Source of the DNA: Alphaproteobacteria bacterium
GTDB taxonomy: Bacteria > Pseudomonadota > Alphaproteobacteria > MPNO01
Assembly (NCBI GenBank): GCA_965200535.1
Contig: CBDAUF010000001.1
Span: forward strand, 676,436-740,435
Direction of reading: 5' to 3'
Length of the DNA: 64,000 nucleotides
Positions 29,130 to 40,163 of this stretch are shown piece by piece (position 1 is the first letter of the stretch; each line of letters begins with the position of its first letter). The notes beneath the pieces are model-generated. The model worked only from the letters and a program-made list of their open reading frames with translations, ran no database searches and was not told the DNA's origin. Made by a program: the position numbers and the translations under genes.

Positions 29130-30020
29130 ATGACCGAACTGCCGCGGCTCAACGGCATCGTAAGACCGCTGGAAGCGGGCCGCCCCGCCTTCACCGCGTT
29201 CGCGACGGCCGATATCCCGAGCGCGCTCGCCATGTCGGGGGCGCGTTACGACGGCATCGTGTTCGAGATGGAACACAACCCCTGGGACATCGGGGCGCTC
29301 CGCGATGCGCTGCAATACATGCTCGACCGGGCGCAGATCGCCGCTGCCGGATCCGTTGCACCGGCGGTAACGCCGATGGTCCGCGTTCCTCCGAACGGCG
29401 GAGAGAAAGGGCAGTGGCACGCCAAGCAGGCGCTCGATCTCGGCGTCTACGGCGTGGTCTGGCCGCATGTCAGCACCGTCGACCAGGCCTACAACGCGGT
29501 CGCGGCGTGCCGCTACCCGAGGCTCGGGTCCGCGCCGCTCTACGAGCCGGCCGGCCTGCGCGGTGACGGTCCGCGCCAGGCCGTGCGTTACTGGGGGCTT
29601 TCCCAGCAGGAGTATTACAAGAGAGCCGACGTCTGGCCGTTGGCCCCCGACGGCGAGATCCTCGTCGTCCTGATGATCGAGGACACCGAGGGGATCGGGA
29701 ACCTCGCCGACATGCTGGACAACGTGCCCGGCATCGGCGCCATCCTGATCGGAGAGGGGGACCTCAGCCAGGAGCTCGGCTTTCCGCGTCAGTACGACCA
29801 CCCGGAGGTGCGCGACGCGATGGCCCGGATCGTCGCCACCTGCACGGCGCGTGGCGTCGTCGTCGGCCATCCGCACGTGACCGCGGGGAATGTCGAGCGC
29901 GTACTGGACGAGGGATACCGGTTTCTCATGGCAGCGCCGACGACAAGCTACGCCGGGCTCGAGAAGGGGCTCGAACTCAGCGGCCGCAGCCGGGCGGCTG
30001 CAATCGGGGAACACGCATGA
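29130..30020 (+). CDS. HpcH/HpaI family aldolase
   Basis: FEMEH, VRVP, LDLG, LMIE, IGEGDLS. Confidence 0.87.
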   Translation: MTELPRLNGIVRPLEAGRPAFTAFATADIPSALAMSGARYDGIVFEMEHNPWDIGALRDALQYMLDRAQIAAAGSVAPAVTPMVRVPPNGGEKGQWHAKQALDLGVYGVVWPHVSTVDQAYNAVAACRYPRLGSAPLYEPAGLRGDGPRQAVRYWGLSQQEYYKRADVWPLAPDGEILVVLMIEDTEGIGNLADMLDNVPGIGAILIGEGDLSQELGFPRQYDHPEVRDAMARIVATCTARGVVVGHPHVTAGNVERVLDEGYRFLMAAPTTSYAGLEKGLELSGRSRAAAIGEHA

Positions 30021-31024
30021 TCATCGACTGCCACGGGCACTACACCACGGCTCCGGCCGCTCTCAGGGACTACCGGGCAGCGCAGGTCGAGGGGCGCGAG
30101 CGGCCCGGCTACCGGCCGCTGCCGGCGGACCTCTCGATTTCCGACGACGAGATCCGCGAGAGCCTCGAGGGTGCGCAGCTCAGGCTGCAGAGGGAACGGG
30201 GCACCGATCTGACGATCTTTTCCCCCCGGGCAGCGGGAATGGCGCACCAGGACGGCAACGAACTGGCCAACAGGTACTGGTCGGAGATCTGCAACGACAT
30301 GATCCACCGGGCGGTGACGCTCTACCCGGACAATTTCGTCGGCGTCTGCCAACTGCCCCAGGCGCCGGGAAGCAGACCCGACAACTGTATCCCGGAACTG
30401 GTCCGCTGCGTCGAGGAACTCGGCTTCATCGGCTGCAACCTGAACCCCGACCCGACGGGCGGCTACTGGACCGACCCGCCCCTGTTCGACCGCTGGTGGT
30501 ATCCGCTGTACGAGAAAATGTGCGAACTCGACGTGCCGGCGATGATCCACGTTTCGTCTTCGTGCAACCCGCACTTCCACTTCACCGGCGCGCACTATAT
30601 CAACGGCGATACCGCGGCCTTCATGCAGGTTCTGACCTCCGACCTGTTCGCCGACTTCCCGACCCTCAAATTCATCATCCCGCACGGCGGCGGCGCAGCG
30701 CCGTATCACTGGGGCCGTTACCGCGGGCTCGCCCAGGACATGGGCCGCCCGCCGCTCGATGAACTGCTCCTCGACAACGTTTTCTTCGACACCTGCGTCT
30801 ACCACCAGCCGGGGATCGACCTGCTGACCGGCGTGATCCCGGCCAAGAACATCCTGTTCGCGTCCGAAATGGTGGGGGCGGTGCGCGGCATCGACCCGGA
30901 GACCGGTTTCCCGTTCGATGATACCAAGCGGTACATCGATGCGGCGGCCGGGCTCGGCGAGGTGGAAAGGAAAATGATCTTCGAGAACAATGCCCGCCAT
31001 GTTTTCCCCCGGCTCCGGCGATAG
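30017..31024 (+). CDS. ligJ: 4-oxalomesaconate hydratase-like amidohydrolase
   Basis: MIIDCHGHYTTAP, IFSPRA, NLNPDP, PHGGG, FASEMVGAVRGIDP. Confidence 0.85.
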   Translation: MIIDCHGHYTTAPAALRDYRAAQVEGRERPGYRPLPADLSISDDEIRESLEGAQLRLQRERGTDLTIFSPRAAGMAHQDGNELANRYWSEICNDMIHRAVTLYPDNFVGVCQLPQAPGSRPDNCIPELVRCVEELGFIGCNLNPDPTGGYWTDPPLFDRWWYPLYEKMCELDVPAMIHVSSSCNPHFHFTGAHYINGDTAAFMQVLTSDLFADFPTLKFIIPHGGGAAPYHWGRYRGLAQDMGRPPLDELLLDNVFFDTCVYHQPGIDLLTGVIPAKNILFASEMVGAVRGIDPETGFPFDDTKRYIDAAAGLGEVERKMIFENNARHVFPRLRR

Positions 31025-31148
31025 AGGGCAACCGGTCGCCTTGCGCGGGAGTCACGGCGCCGGGAACCCGCTCTCGACGCGGCCTTGTCGAACCGCGACA
31101 ATTCCGGGCGCCAAAAAAATTCGGTCAAGAATCAGGGAGGATTTACCC

Positions 31149-32216
31149 GTGCTGCATCGCTCGTTCGCCCTTCCGGCCGCTCTCGGCCTCCTCACGGCGG
31201 CATTTGCGCCGGCCGCCGCCCAGACCCTGGAGATCACGGTCGCCGCGACCCCGCCGCCTGCGGTGACCTTTGTCAACACCTTCAAGAACAACGTCGTGCC
31301 CGCCATCGACAAGCGCCTCGCGGAGAGCGGCAAGGGCTTCGGCATCGAGTGGACGCACGCCTACTCGGGAACACTCGCCAAATTCAACGAGCTGTTCGAG
31401 GCGGTCGAGGAGGGCATCGGCGGCGCCGGGCTGATCCTCAAGAATTTCGAGCCGTCCAACCTGCCGCTCGAGGCCTACGCCATCCACATGCCCTTCGTCG
31501 ATATCACGAGGGAACAGATCGCCGCCGTCGATGCGAAACTGCGCAAGACGGTGCCGGAACTGAACCAAGCCTACGAGCGGCACAATCAGGTCTTCATCAC
31601 CAGCGGCGTCAACGACTCGATGCAGCTGTTCACCAAATTCCCGGTGACCAAGGTCGAAGACATCGGCAACCGCAAGCTGGGTTCGAGCGGGACCTTCGCC
31701 CAGTGGCTGCGCGGCACCGGCGCGGTCTCCGTCAACTCGGCAATGACCCAGTCCTACACCAACATCAAGAACGGGGTGTACGAGGGCTATCCGATCGGGA
31801 TCATCCTGAGCTTCGTCTACAAGACCTACTCGGCCGCACCCTATTTCACCAGGGTCGATTTCGGCCCCACGATCACCTCGGGGATCACCTTCAACACCGA
31901 CATCTGGAAGAAGATCCCGGCGCACGCGCGGCAGATCATCCGCGAGGAATCGGCCAAGTGGACCGATTAACAGAATGCGGTGGACGCCAAGAAGCGCACC
32001 AAATTCCTCGCCATAATGAAGAAGAAGGGCGTCAAGGTATCGACCCTGGCCGCCGCCGAGCGTCAGAAATGGGCCGCCATGATGCCCAATATCGCGCAGG
32101 AATGGGCGCAGCGCCTCGACAAGCGCGGCCTGCCGGGCACCAAGCTGATGAAGGCCTACATGGACGAGCTGCGGGCCCGCGGGATCAAGATCGTGCGTCA
32201 CTGGGACCGGGGGTAG
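31149..32216 (+). pseudogene. dctP: TRAP substrate-binding protein (DctP family) interrupted by in-frame TAA
   Basis: RBS AGGGAGG, signal peptide, YSGTL, WKKIP; TAA at 31968-31970 followed in frame by ~80 codons of DctP-like C-terminus. Confidence 0.75.
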
Positions 32217-32252
32217 AGGCCGCACCGTTCGGGCGCCGGCGCGGCCCGCCCA

Positions 32253-33716
32253 GTGACGGGCGCGGGCGAACCGGCGGTGTCCGACGCGCCGCCGGGCCTG
32301 CCGGGGCGCGCTCTCGACGCCCTGGTATCGGTCTTCAACGCCGGCGGCAGCGTCTGGATCTTCGGCATCATGATGTTGCTCTGCGCCGACGTGCTGGGCA
32401 GGGCCGCGTTCAATGCGCCGATCGACGGCGTGCCGCTCCTGGTCGCGCTGTCGATCGTGGTGATCGTCTTCCTCCAGCTTCCGGCGGCGATCCGGGCCGG
32501 CAGGCTGACCCGGTCGGACGCGCTCCTGTCGCGGCTGCTCGATCGTCAGCCGTCCATCGGGGTGAGCCTGCGCAGCTTCTACGACGGCCTCGGCGTCCTG
32601 GTCATGGGGGCGGTTGTCTTCTACACCCTGCCCACCCTGGTGAAGGTCTGGGAGCGCGGTACCTACGAGGGTCTGGAAGGCGACTTCGCACTGCCGTCCT
32701 GGCCGTTCAAGGTGCTGATCCTGGTCGGCGCGACACTCTGCGGTATCGAGTTCCTGCGCGCGCTGGGCGGCGGCGGGCGCGAGCTTGCGGCGCAGGCACG
32801 GGCGGGAAAGCTGGATGTCCGCCGGGTCGCGATGCTGGCCGCAGCCGTCGTCTTCGCCGCCGCGGCGCTGGGCGTCGTCGTTCTCGGGGCGGGCCTGAGC
32901 AAGCCCGCGATCGGGATCGTCTCCATCCTGTTCGTCGTCGTGTTCGTCTATGTCGGGGTGCATGTCGGCGTCGCGCTGTCGCTGATTTCGTTCTTCTGCG
33001 TCTGGGGCGTGCGCGGGGATGTCGGCACCGCGGGCAAGCTGCTGGCGCTCTCGATCGGCGAAAGCATGCAGGCCTACGAGTTCGGGGTGATCCCGCTGTT
33101 CGTGCTGATGGGCCTGCTCGTCCTGGGCGGCATCTACGGCGGGCTGTTCACCGCCACCGAGGCCGGCGGGGTCGGCGCGCTCGGCGCGCTCGTTCTCACC
33201 TTCTTCAAGCGGGCGCTCACACCCGCCAACCTCTGGCGGGCGCTTTCGGAGACCGGGCATGTGACCGCATCGATCTGCTTCCTCCTGGTGTCGGCCCACA
33301 TCTACTCGCGGATGATCGCGCTTACCGGCATCCCCAACATCATGGAGGGATACGTCGAGGCCTCCGGTCTCGGGCTCGCCGGGCTGCTGGCGATCTATAT
33401 CTTCGCCATCATCCTGATGGGGACGATCCTCGATGCCGGCTCGATCATGCTGATCACCGTGCCGCTCGCGATCCCGGCGCTGGCGCCGTTCGGGGTCGAT
33501 CTGGTCTGGTTCGGTATCGTCACCATCATCGCGGTCGAAATCGGCCTGCTGACGCCGCCGCTCGGCCTCGCCTGCTTCGTCATCCACAACAATCTGGCGG
33601 ACGACCGGATACGAATCGACGATGTGTTCTGGGGTGCTGCGCCGTTTGCGCTGACGATGCTGGTGGTGCTGCTGATGGTGGTCGCTTTTCCCGAACTCGC
33701 GACCGCCCTGGTCTGA
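32253..33716 (+). pseudogene. Fused DctQ-DctM TRAP permease with large in-frame internal deletion
   Basis: DctQ part (ADVLGR..FNAPI) then IPLFVLMG joined almost directly to LVLGGIYGGLFTATEA; central IPPS region absent. Confidence 0.65.
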
Positions 33717-33725
33717 CCGCCGGCC

Positions 33726-34310
33726 TCAGGCCCGCGCAGCGGCTTTGAACTCGACGCAGAGCTTGGCGGTCTCGCCGGCGGGTATTGTCTCGTCGGTCAA
33801 CGCGCATCGGCACGCCGCCGCGTCGCTGTCATTCTCCTCGGCCCCGGCGACGGGGCAGAAGTGGGTACAGTCCAGACAGGGGCCGAACTGGGGCAGGCCC
33901 TTTGCTGCCTGCACCGCCCGGGCCAGGGTCTCGAGGCCGTCGGCAAGCTGCGACTGCGCTTCGCAGTCGAGCCTGTCGACGGCCTGCAGTACAAGGCATA
34001 AAGGGTCCTCCCCGATCAGCGCGCGTCCGCTCTCGGTGAGATCGACGGTCAGCGCCCGCCGGTCGGCGCCGCATTTCAGACGCCGCACATACCCTTTGGC
34101 TTCGAGTGCGATCAGCGTCTGCGAAACGGTGCCCCGCGTGGTGCCGAGATAACGCGCGATCGCTCCCGGCGAGCGCGAATAGCGGTTGGCGCGGCCGATG
34201 AAGCGGAGCGCTTCCCACTGGGCGGGGTTGAGGCCAGAGGCGTATTGCAGCCCGTGGGCCATCCTGCCCAGCCGGTCGACCAACTCGGCTATGCGAACGC
34301 ATTCCGACAT
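33726..34310 (-). CDS. MarR family regulator with Cys-rich C-terminal extension
   Basis: LNPAQW, TRGTVSQT, LEAKG, DRR, LTESG; tail CLDCTHFC...CRC...LC. Confidence 0.87.
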   Translation of the reverse strand: MSECVRIAELVDRLGRMAHGLQYASGLNPAQWEALRFIGRANRYSRSPGAIARYLGTTRGTVSQTLIALEAKGYVRRLKCGADRRALTVDLTESGRALIGEDPLCLVLQAVDRLDCEAQSQLADGLETLARAVQAAKGLPQFGPCLDCTHFCPVAGAEENDSDAAACRCALTDETIPAGETAKLCVEFKAAARA

Positions 34311-34393
34311 CCCGAATTACTTAGAACTCGAATGACCGTTCGGCCACCCCGGGGGCAAAGAAAAAGTTTGCGCTGGGGTGTCATCGATAATTG

Positions 34394-34454
34394 TATCGAC
34401 TCGATAATAATTCTTGACCTGTCCGGTTCGACAAGATATTGTATCGAGTCGATA
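34394..34454 (+). promoter_or_regulatory. Sigma70 promoter flanked by two TATCGA-N-TCGATA operators
   Basis: Palindromes at 34394-34406 and 34442-34454; TTGACC (34414) -17 bp- TATTGT (34437). Confidence 0.75.
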
Positions 34455-34508
34455 ACATATGCCGCACCGCCCTGTCCCGGGCCGGTGCGGCGTCGCGGAG
34501 TACGAAAC

Positions 34509-35387
34509 ATGGCGAAGGGATCGACCTCCTACCCGGACCGCGGCGACCGGCGCTACATCTCGGCCGTCATGGACATGCCTCTTCTCGAACGCGAGCATGA
34601 GGCGAACCTCGCCCGGCGCTGGCGCGAAGACGGCGACGAGCGGGCGCTCGGGGAACTGACCGCGGCGCATATCCGCCTCGTGGTGCGGATCGCGTCCCGG
34701 TTTCACGGCTACGGCCTGCCGGTCGGCGATCTGATTCAGGAAGGCAATGTCGGGCTGCTCGAGGCGGCCAACCGTTTCGACGTGGAGCGCAAGGTGCGGT
34801 TTTCCACCTACGCGACATGGTGGATTCTCGCGGCGATCCAGGAATACGTGGTCCGCAACGCCTCGATCGTGCGCGTCGGCACCACGCCGGCGCAGAAGAG
34901 CCTGTTCTTCAACCTGCGGCGTCTCCGCGCCCGGCTGGCCGACAATGCCCGCGCGATCATGTCCGACGAGGAACGCGATCGGATCGCCCGCGAACTCGGC
35001 GTACCGACCGCTGCGGTCGAGCGGATGGAAACCCACCTCTCCCACCCTGACCGGTCGCTCAACGCCAGCATCTCGGGCGAGTACGGCGACGAATTGCAGG
35101 ACTTTCTCGCCGACAACGGCCCGACGCCCGAGGAGATCGTGGGCGAGCGGCACGACTTCGCCGCCCGTGCCGCGTGGTTGCGCGAGGCGATCGAGAAACT
35201 GACGCCGCGCGAGCAGCAGGTCATCGCCCGGCGGTTCCTGGGCGAAGGCAAGAGCACCCTTGCCGAGATCGGCGACAGCTTCGGCGTTACCAAGGAGCGC
35301 ATCCGCCAGATCGAGGGCAAAGCGCTCGCCAAACTGAAGACGATTCTCTCCGCCCGTACCGACGTCCGCGATCTGACGCCCGCGTAA
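34509..35387 (+). CDS. rpoH: RNA polymerase sigma-32 family factor (RpoH2-like)
   Basis: DLIQEGNVGL, RFSTYATWWI, RpoH box QKSLFFNLRR, GVTKERIRQIE. Confidence 0.9.
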   Translation: MAKGSTSYPDRGDRRYISAVMDMPLLEREHEANLARRWREDGDERALGELTAAHIRLVVRIASRFHGYGLPVGDLIQEGNVGLLEAANRFDVERKVRFSTYATWWILAAIQEYVVRNASIVRVGTTPAQKSLFFNLRRLRARLADNARAIMSDEERDRIARELGVPTAAVERMETHLSHPDRSLNASISGEYGDELQDFLADNGPTPEEIVGERHDFAARAAWLREAIEKLTPREQQVIARRFLGEGKSTLAEIGDSFGVTKERIRQIEGKALAKLKTILSARTDVRDLTPA

Positions 35388-35395
35388 CCCCAACG

Positions 35396-35433
35396 GGCGG
35401 GCCGCACCCTGCCCGGCCGGCCCGCCTCTTGTT
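35396..35433 (+). terminator. Possible intrinsic terminator after rpoH
   Basis: GGCGGGCCG...CGGCCCGCC stem followed by TCTTGTT. Confidence 0.4.
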
Positions 35434-35476
35434 GATCCCTACCGCCGCGGCGGCGTAGTGTTGCCCGCTGGATTAG

Positions 35477-36487
<1,011 letters not shown>

Positions 36488-36549
36488 ACGGACCCGCGCG
36501 CTGCGCCCGCCGCATGGCCGCAACGGATCGAGTGTCACGGCGCGATTGA

Positions 36550-38943
36550 ATGGCGGGGAGGCATAGGCGAACACGGAAACGGTCGTGGCTGCTGCGCCTG
36601 GTGCTCGTGCTCGCGGCCCTTGCCGTCGTCCCGGCCGGCGCACTCTGGTGGCTGGCCGAGGAAGTCCGGCCGAAGACCGAGGGTACAATCGCGCTTGCCG
36701 GACTGGCCGCGCCGGTATCGGTGGTCCGCGACCGCTACGGTATCCCGCGCATCGTTGCGGGAAACGAGCGTGACGCCTATTTCGCCCTCGGCTTCGTACA
36801 TGCCCAGGACCGCTTCTTCCAGATGGAGTTCATGCGCCGCGTCGGCGCCGGACGCCTGTCGGAAATCGTCGGAGCGCCCACGCTGAAACTCGACCGGTGG
36901 ATGCGCGTTCTCGGCCTTTACCGCCGCGCCGAAGCGTCGCTGAAGCACCTGTCGCCGCCGGTGGTCGATAGCCTCGAAGCCTATGCCGCGGGCGTCAACG
37001 CCTACCTGGAATCCCATTCGGGCCCGGTCTCCCTCGAACTCGCGCTGTTGTTCGCGGATCGCGAAAAATGGCGCCCGGCAGACTCGCTGGTGTGGGCGCG
37101 GCTCATGGGGATGCAGCTCTCGGGAAATTCGCGCACCGAGGCGCTGCGCGCCCGGCTGCTCCGACGGCTGCCCCGCGAGCGGGTCGACCAGCTCTGGCCC
37201 GATATCGCCCGTGGCGCTCCGCCGACGATCGCGGCGCTCGGCGGGGCTGCCCTGTTCGCCGGGCTGTTCGCCGACTGGCCCGCCGTCATCGCGCCGGTCA
37301 CCGCCTCGAACGTCTGGGCAGTTGCAGGATCGCAGACCGAGACCGGGAGCCCGATCCTCGCCAACGATCCCCATCTCGGTTTTCGCGCACCCGGCCTCTG
37401 GTATCTCGCCCGCATCGAAACCCCGACCCTCACCCTCGTCGGGGCGACGGTGCCCGGCGTGCCCCTGACGATCCTGGGCCACAACGGATCGGTCGCCTGG
37501 GGCATGACCACCACCGACAGCGATACCCAGGACCTGTTCGTCGAACGGATCGACCCCGTCGATCCGACCCGCTATCTGACCCCGGACGGACCGCGCCCGT
37601 TCGACGTCCGCACCGAACGGATCCGGGTGCGCGGCGGGGAAGACGTGACGTTGACCGTCCGGGCGACCCGGCACGGGCCGGTGATCTCGGATGTCGATGC
37701 GAGGATGGCGGGCATTACCGACGCCGGCCACGCGGTTGCGCTTGCCGCGACGGCGCTGCACGAGGACGACACCACCGCGGAAGCGATCTGGCGGGTCAAC
37801 CGGGCGCGGACATGGGCGCAGTTCGATGCGGCGCTCGCCTTCTTCGACGCACCGCAGCAGAACCTCGCCTATGCCGACACCCGAGGCAATATCGGGATCG
37901 TCGTTCCGGGCCGGGTGCCGGTCCGCCGCGCCGGCGACGGCCTCTACCCGGTGCCCGGATGGACGGGCGAGCACGACTGGACCGGGTTCATCCCCCATGG
38001 CGCGCTGCCGCGCCTCTTCAACCCGGCCGACGGGCGCATCGTCAACGCCAACCACCCGGTCGTCGGGCCGGGCTACCCCCATCGTCTCGGCCATGGCAGC
38101 ACGCCTCCCTACCGGGCGCAACGGATCCACGCCCTGCTCGATTCGGGCGGATCGCGAACGCCGGCCGGCGCCGGCGAGATGCAGAACGATGCGGTCTCGC
38201 TCGCCGCCCGCGATCTCCTGCCGCCGATGCTGGCAACAGTGGAGGAAACCGGATCGCGGGCCCGGGCGCTCGCCCGCCTCCGTCGATGGGACGGGACGAT
38301 GGACCGGCGGCGCGCGGAGCCCCTGATCTTTGTCGCTTGGCTGCGCTCGCTAACCCGCCGGCTCTACAGCGACGAGGCCGGCGCGGCATTTTCCGACCTC
38401 TGGCGGCTGCACCCGGTCTTCGTGCGCGAAACGCTGAAACGCGGTGACGCGTGGTGCGACGACATCGCCACCCCGGCGGAGGAAACCTGCCGGGAGACGG
38501 TTGGCCGGGCGCTCGACGATGCGCTCGCCGAACTGGAAGAGGCGTTCGGCAGCGATCCCGACAGTTGGCGTTGGGGGGATGCGCACTACGCCCATTTCCC
38601 ACACCTGCTGTTCGGCCAGCTGCCGGCGGTCAACCGTCTCACCGACATTCGCATCGCGAGCGACGGCGGCGCCTTCACGGTCAACCGCGGCCAGCACCGC
38701 ATCTCGCGCGGCGCGGCGCCCTACGCCAACGTCCACGGCGCGGGATACCGCGCGGTCTACGATCTTTCCGATCTCGACCGATCGCTGTTCATCCAGGCGA
38801 CAGGCCAGTCGGGCCATCTCGCCTCGCCGCATTACAGCGATCTCACCCCGCTCTGGCGCGACGGTGTCTTCCTCACCCTCGGGCCGGTCGCGGCGGACCG
38901 GGCGGGAGACACCCGGCATCTCACCCTGACGCCGCGCCGATGA
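36550..38943 (+). CDS. Penicillin acylase family (Ntn hydrolase)
   Basis: N-terminal TM, HAQDRFFQM, ASNVWAV nucleophile, ANDPHL, GQSG. Confidence 0.92.
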   Translation: MAGRHRRTRKRSWLLRLVLVLAALAVVPAGALWWLAEEVRPKTEGTIALAGLAAPVSVVRDRYGIPRIVAGNERDAYFALGFVHAQDRFFQMEFMRRVGAGRLSEIVGAPTLKLDRWMRVLGLYRRAEASLKHLSPPVVDSLEAYAAGVNAYLESHSGPVSLELALLFADREKWRPADSLVWARLMGMQLSGNSRTEALRARLLRRLPRERVDQLWPDIARGAPPTIAALGGAALFAGLFADWPAVIAPVTASNVWAVAGSQTETGSPILANDPHLGFRAPGLWYLARIETPTLTLVGATVPGVPLTILGHNGSVAWGMTTTDSDTQDLFVERIDPVDPTRYLTPDGPRPFDVRTERIRVRGGEDVTLTVRATRHGPVISDVDARMAGITDAGHAVALAATALHEDDTTAEAIWRVNRARTWAQFDAALAFFDAPQQNLAYADTRGNIGIVVPGRVPVRRAGDGLYPVPGWTGEHDWTGFIPHGALPRLFNPADGRIVNANHPVVGPGYPHRLGHGSTPPYRAQRIHALLDSGGSRTPAGAGEMQNDAVSLAARDLLPPMLATVEETGSRARALARLRRWDGTMDRRRAEPLIFVAWLRSLTRRLYSDEAGAAFSDLWRLHPVFVRETLKRGDAWCDDIATPAEETCRETVGRALDDALAELEEAFGSDPDSWRWGDAHYAHFPHLLFGQLPAVNRLTDIRIASDGGAFTVNRGQHRISRGAAPYANVHGAGYRAVYDLSDLDRSLFIQATGQSGHLASPHYSDLTPLWRDGVFLTLGPVAADRAGDTRHLTLTPRR

Positions 38944-40163
38944 CTGTCACCTTCGACGACATAACGTCCGCTGCCGCAGCGATCGCCGGCGGCGTGATCG
39001 AGACGCCGACCGTCCGCTCCCGGTCCCTGTCGGACCTGCTCGGCGCCGATATCCACCTCAAGCTGGAGAACCTGCAATACACCGCCTCGTTCAAGCCGCG
39101 CGGCGCGCTCAACCGCCTGCTGACGCTCGGCGAGGCGGAACGCGCGGCCGGTGTGATCGCCATGTCGGCGGGCAACCACGCCCAGGCGGTCGCCTATCAC
39201 GCCGGGCGGCTCGGCATTGCGGCGACCATCGCGATGCCGAGGAACACGCCGTTCCAGAAGGTCGCCAACACCAGGGCGCTCGGCGCCGCGGTGGCGCTGG
39301 AAGGGGCCGACCTTTCCGAGGCCGGCGCCTTCGCCGCCGCCGAAGCCGAGGCGCGCGGGCTTACCTTGGTCCATCCCTACGACGATCCGATGGTGATCGC
39401 CGGACAGGGCACGGTCGCGTTGGAAATGCTGAGGGCTGCATCCGATCTCGACACGCTGGTTGTGCCGGTGGGCGGCGGCGGGCTGATCGCCGGGTGCATC
39501 GTTTCCGCCAGAGCCATCGACCCCGACATCGAGATCGTCGGGGTCCAGGCGGCGCGCTGCCCGGCGATGCTGGCCGCCCTCGGCGGGACCGGTCTGCAAC
39601 CCCGCGCCGACACCTTGGCCGAGGGGATCGCCGTCAAGCAGCCGGGACGCCTCACGCGCGCCATCATCGCCGATGCGGGCATCGACATCGTGACGGTCGA
39701 TGAAGGCGTGATCGAGCGCGCCATCATGGTCCTCGCGGAGACCGAGAAGCTGGTGGCAGAGGGGGCGGGCGCGGCAGCGTTGGCGGCGATTCTCGACCGG
39801 CCGGAGCGGTTCGCCGGGCGCCGTATCGGCGTGGTCGTCTCCGGCGGCAATATCGACCCCCGCCTCCTGGCGAACGTATTGATGCGCGGCCTGGTCCGGC
39901 TCGGCCGGCTGGTTCGCCTGCGGGTGGAAATCGATGACCTGCCGGGCAGCCTCGCCGGGCTCACCAGCGCGATAGGCCGGCTGGGAGGCGACATCGTCGA
40001 GGTCGGGCACCTGCGATGGTTCTACGACGTGCCGGCGCGCAAGGCAGCCGTCGATTTGCTGACCGAGGTTCGCAGCCCGGAAGAGGCGGGCCTGCTGGTC
40101 GAGGGGCTGACAGCCGAGGGCTACGTCGTCACTCGGATGGGTCCGACTTCAGAGATGCATTGA
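38940..40163 (+). CDS. ilvA: Threonine ammonia-lyase with ACT domain
   Basis: KLENLQYTASFKPRG, SAGNHAQ, VGGGGL, SGGN, DLPGSL. Confidence 0.88.
   Translation: MTVTFDDITSAAAAIAGGVIETPTVRSRSLSDLLGADIHLKLENLQYTASFKPRGALNRLLTLGEAERAAGVIAMSAGNHAQAVAYHAGRLGIAATIAMPRNTPFQKVANTRALGAAVALEGADLSEAGAFAAAEAEARGLTLVHPYDDPMVIAGQGTVALEMLRAASDLDTLVVPVGGGGLIAGCIVSARAIDPDIEIVGVQAARCPAMLAALGGTGLQPRADTLAEGIAVKQPGRLTRAIIADAGIDIVTVDEGVIERAIMVLAETEKLVAEGAGAAALAAILDRPERFAGRRIGVVVSGGNIDPRLLANVLMRGLVRLGRLVRLRVEIDDLPGSLAGLTSAIGRLGGDIVEVGHLRWFYDVPARKAAVDLLTEVRSPEEAGLLVEGLTAEGYVVTRMGPTSEMH

Noticed and set aside
31968-31970. Programmed readthrough or Sec/Pyl recoding in dctP
   Set aside because: The codon is TAA, not TGA/TAG, and the neighbouring permease is also damaged.
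31143-33587. 814-aa antisense ORF and many similar long overlapping ORFs (for example 20915-23368, 46101-48101)
   Set aside because: Shadow frames of real genes in high-GC DNA; Arg/Gly/Pro-rich or antisense with no family motifs.
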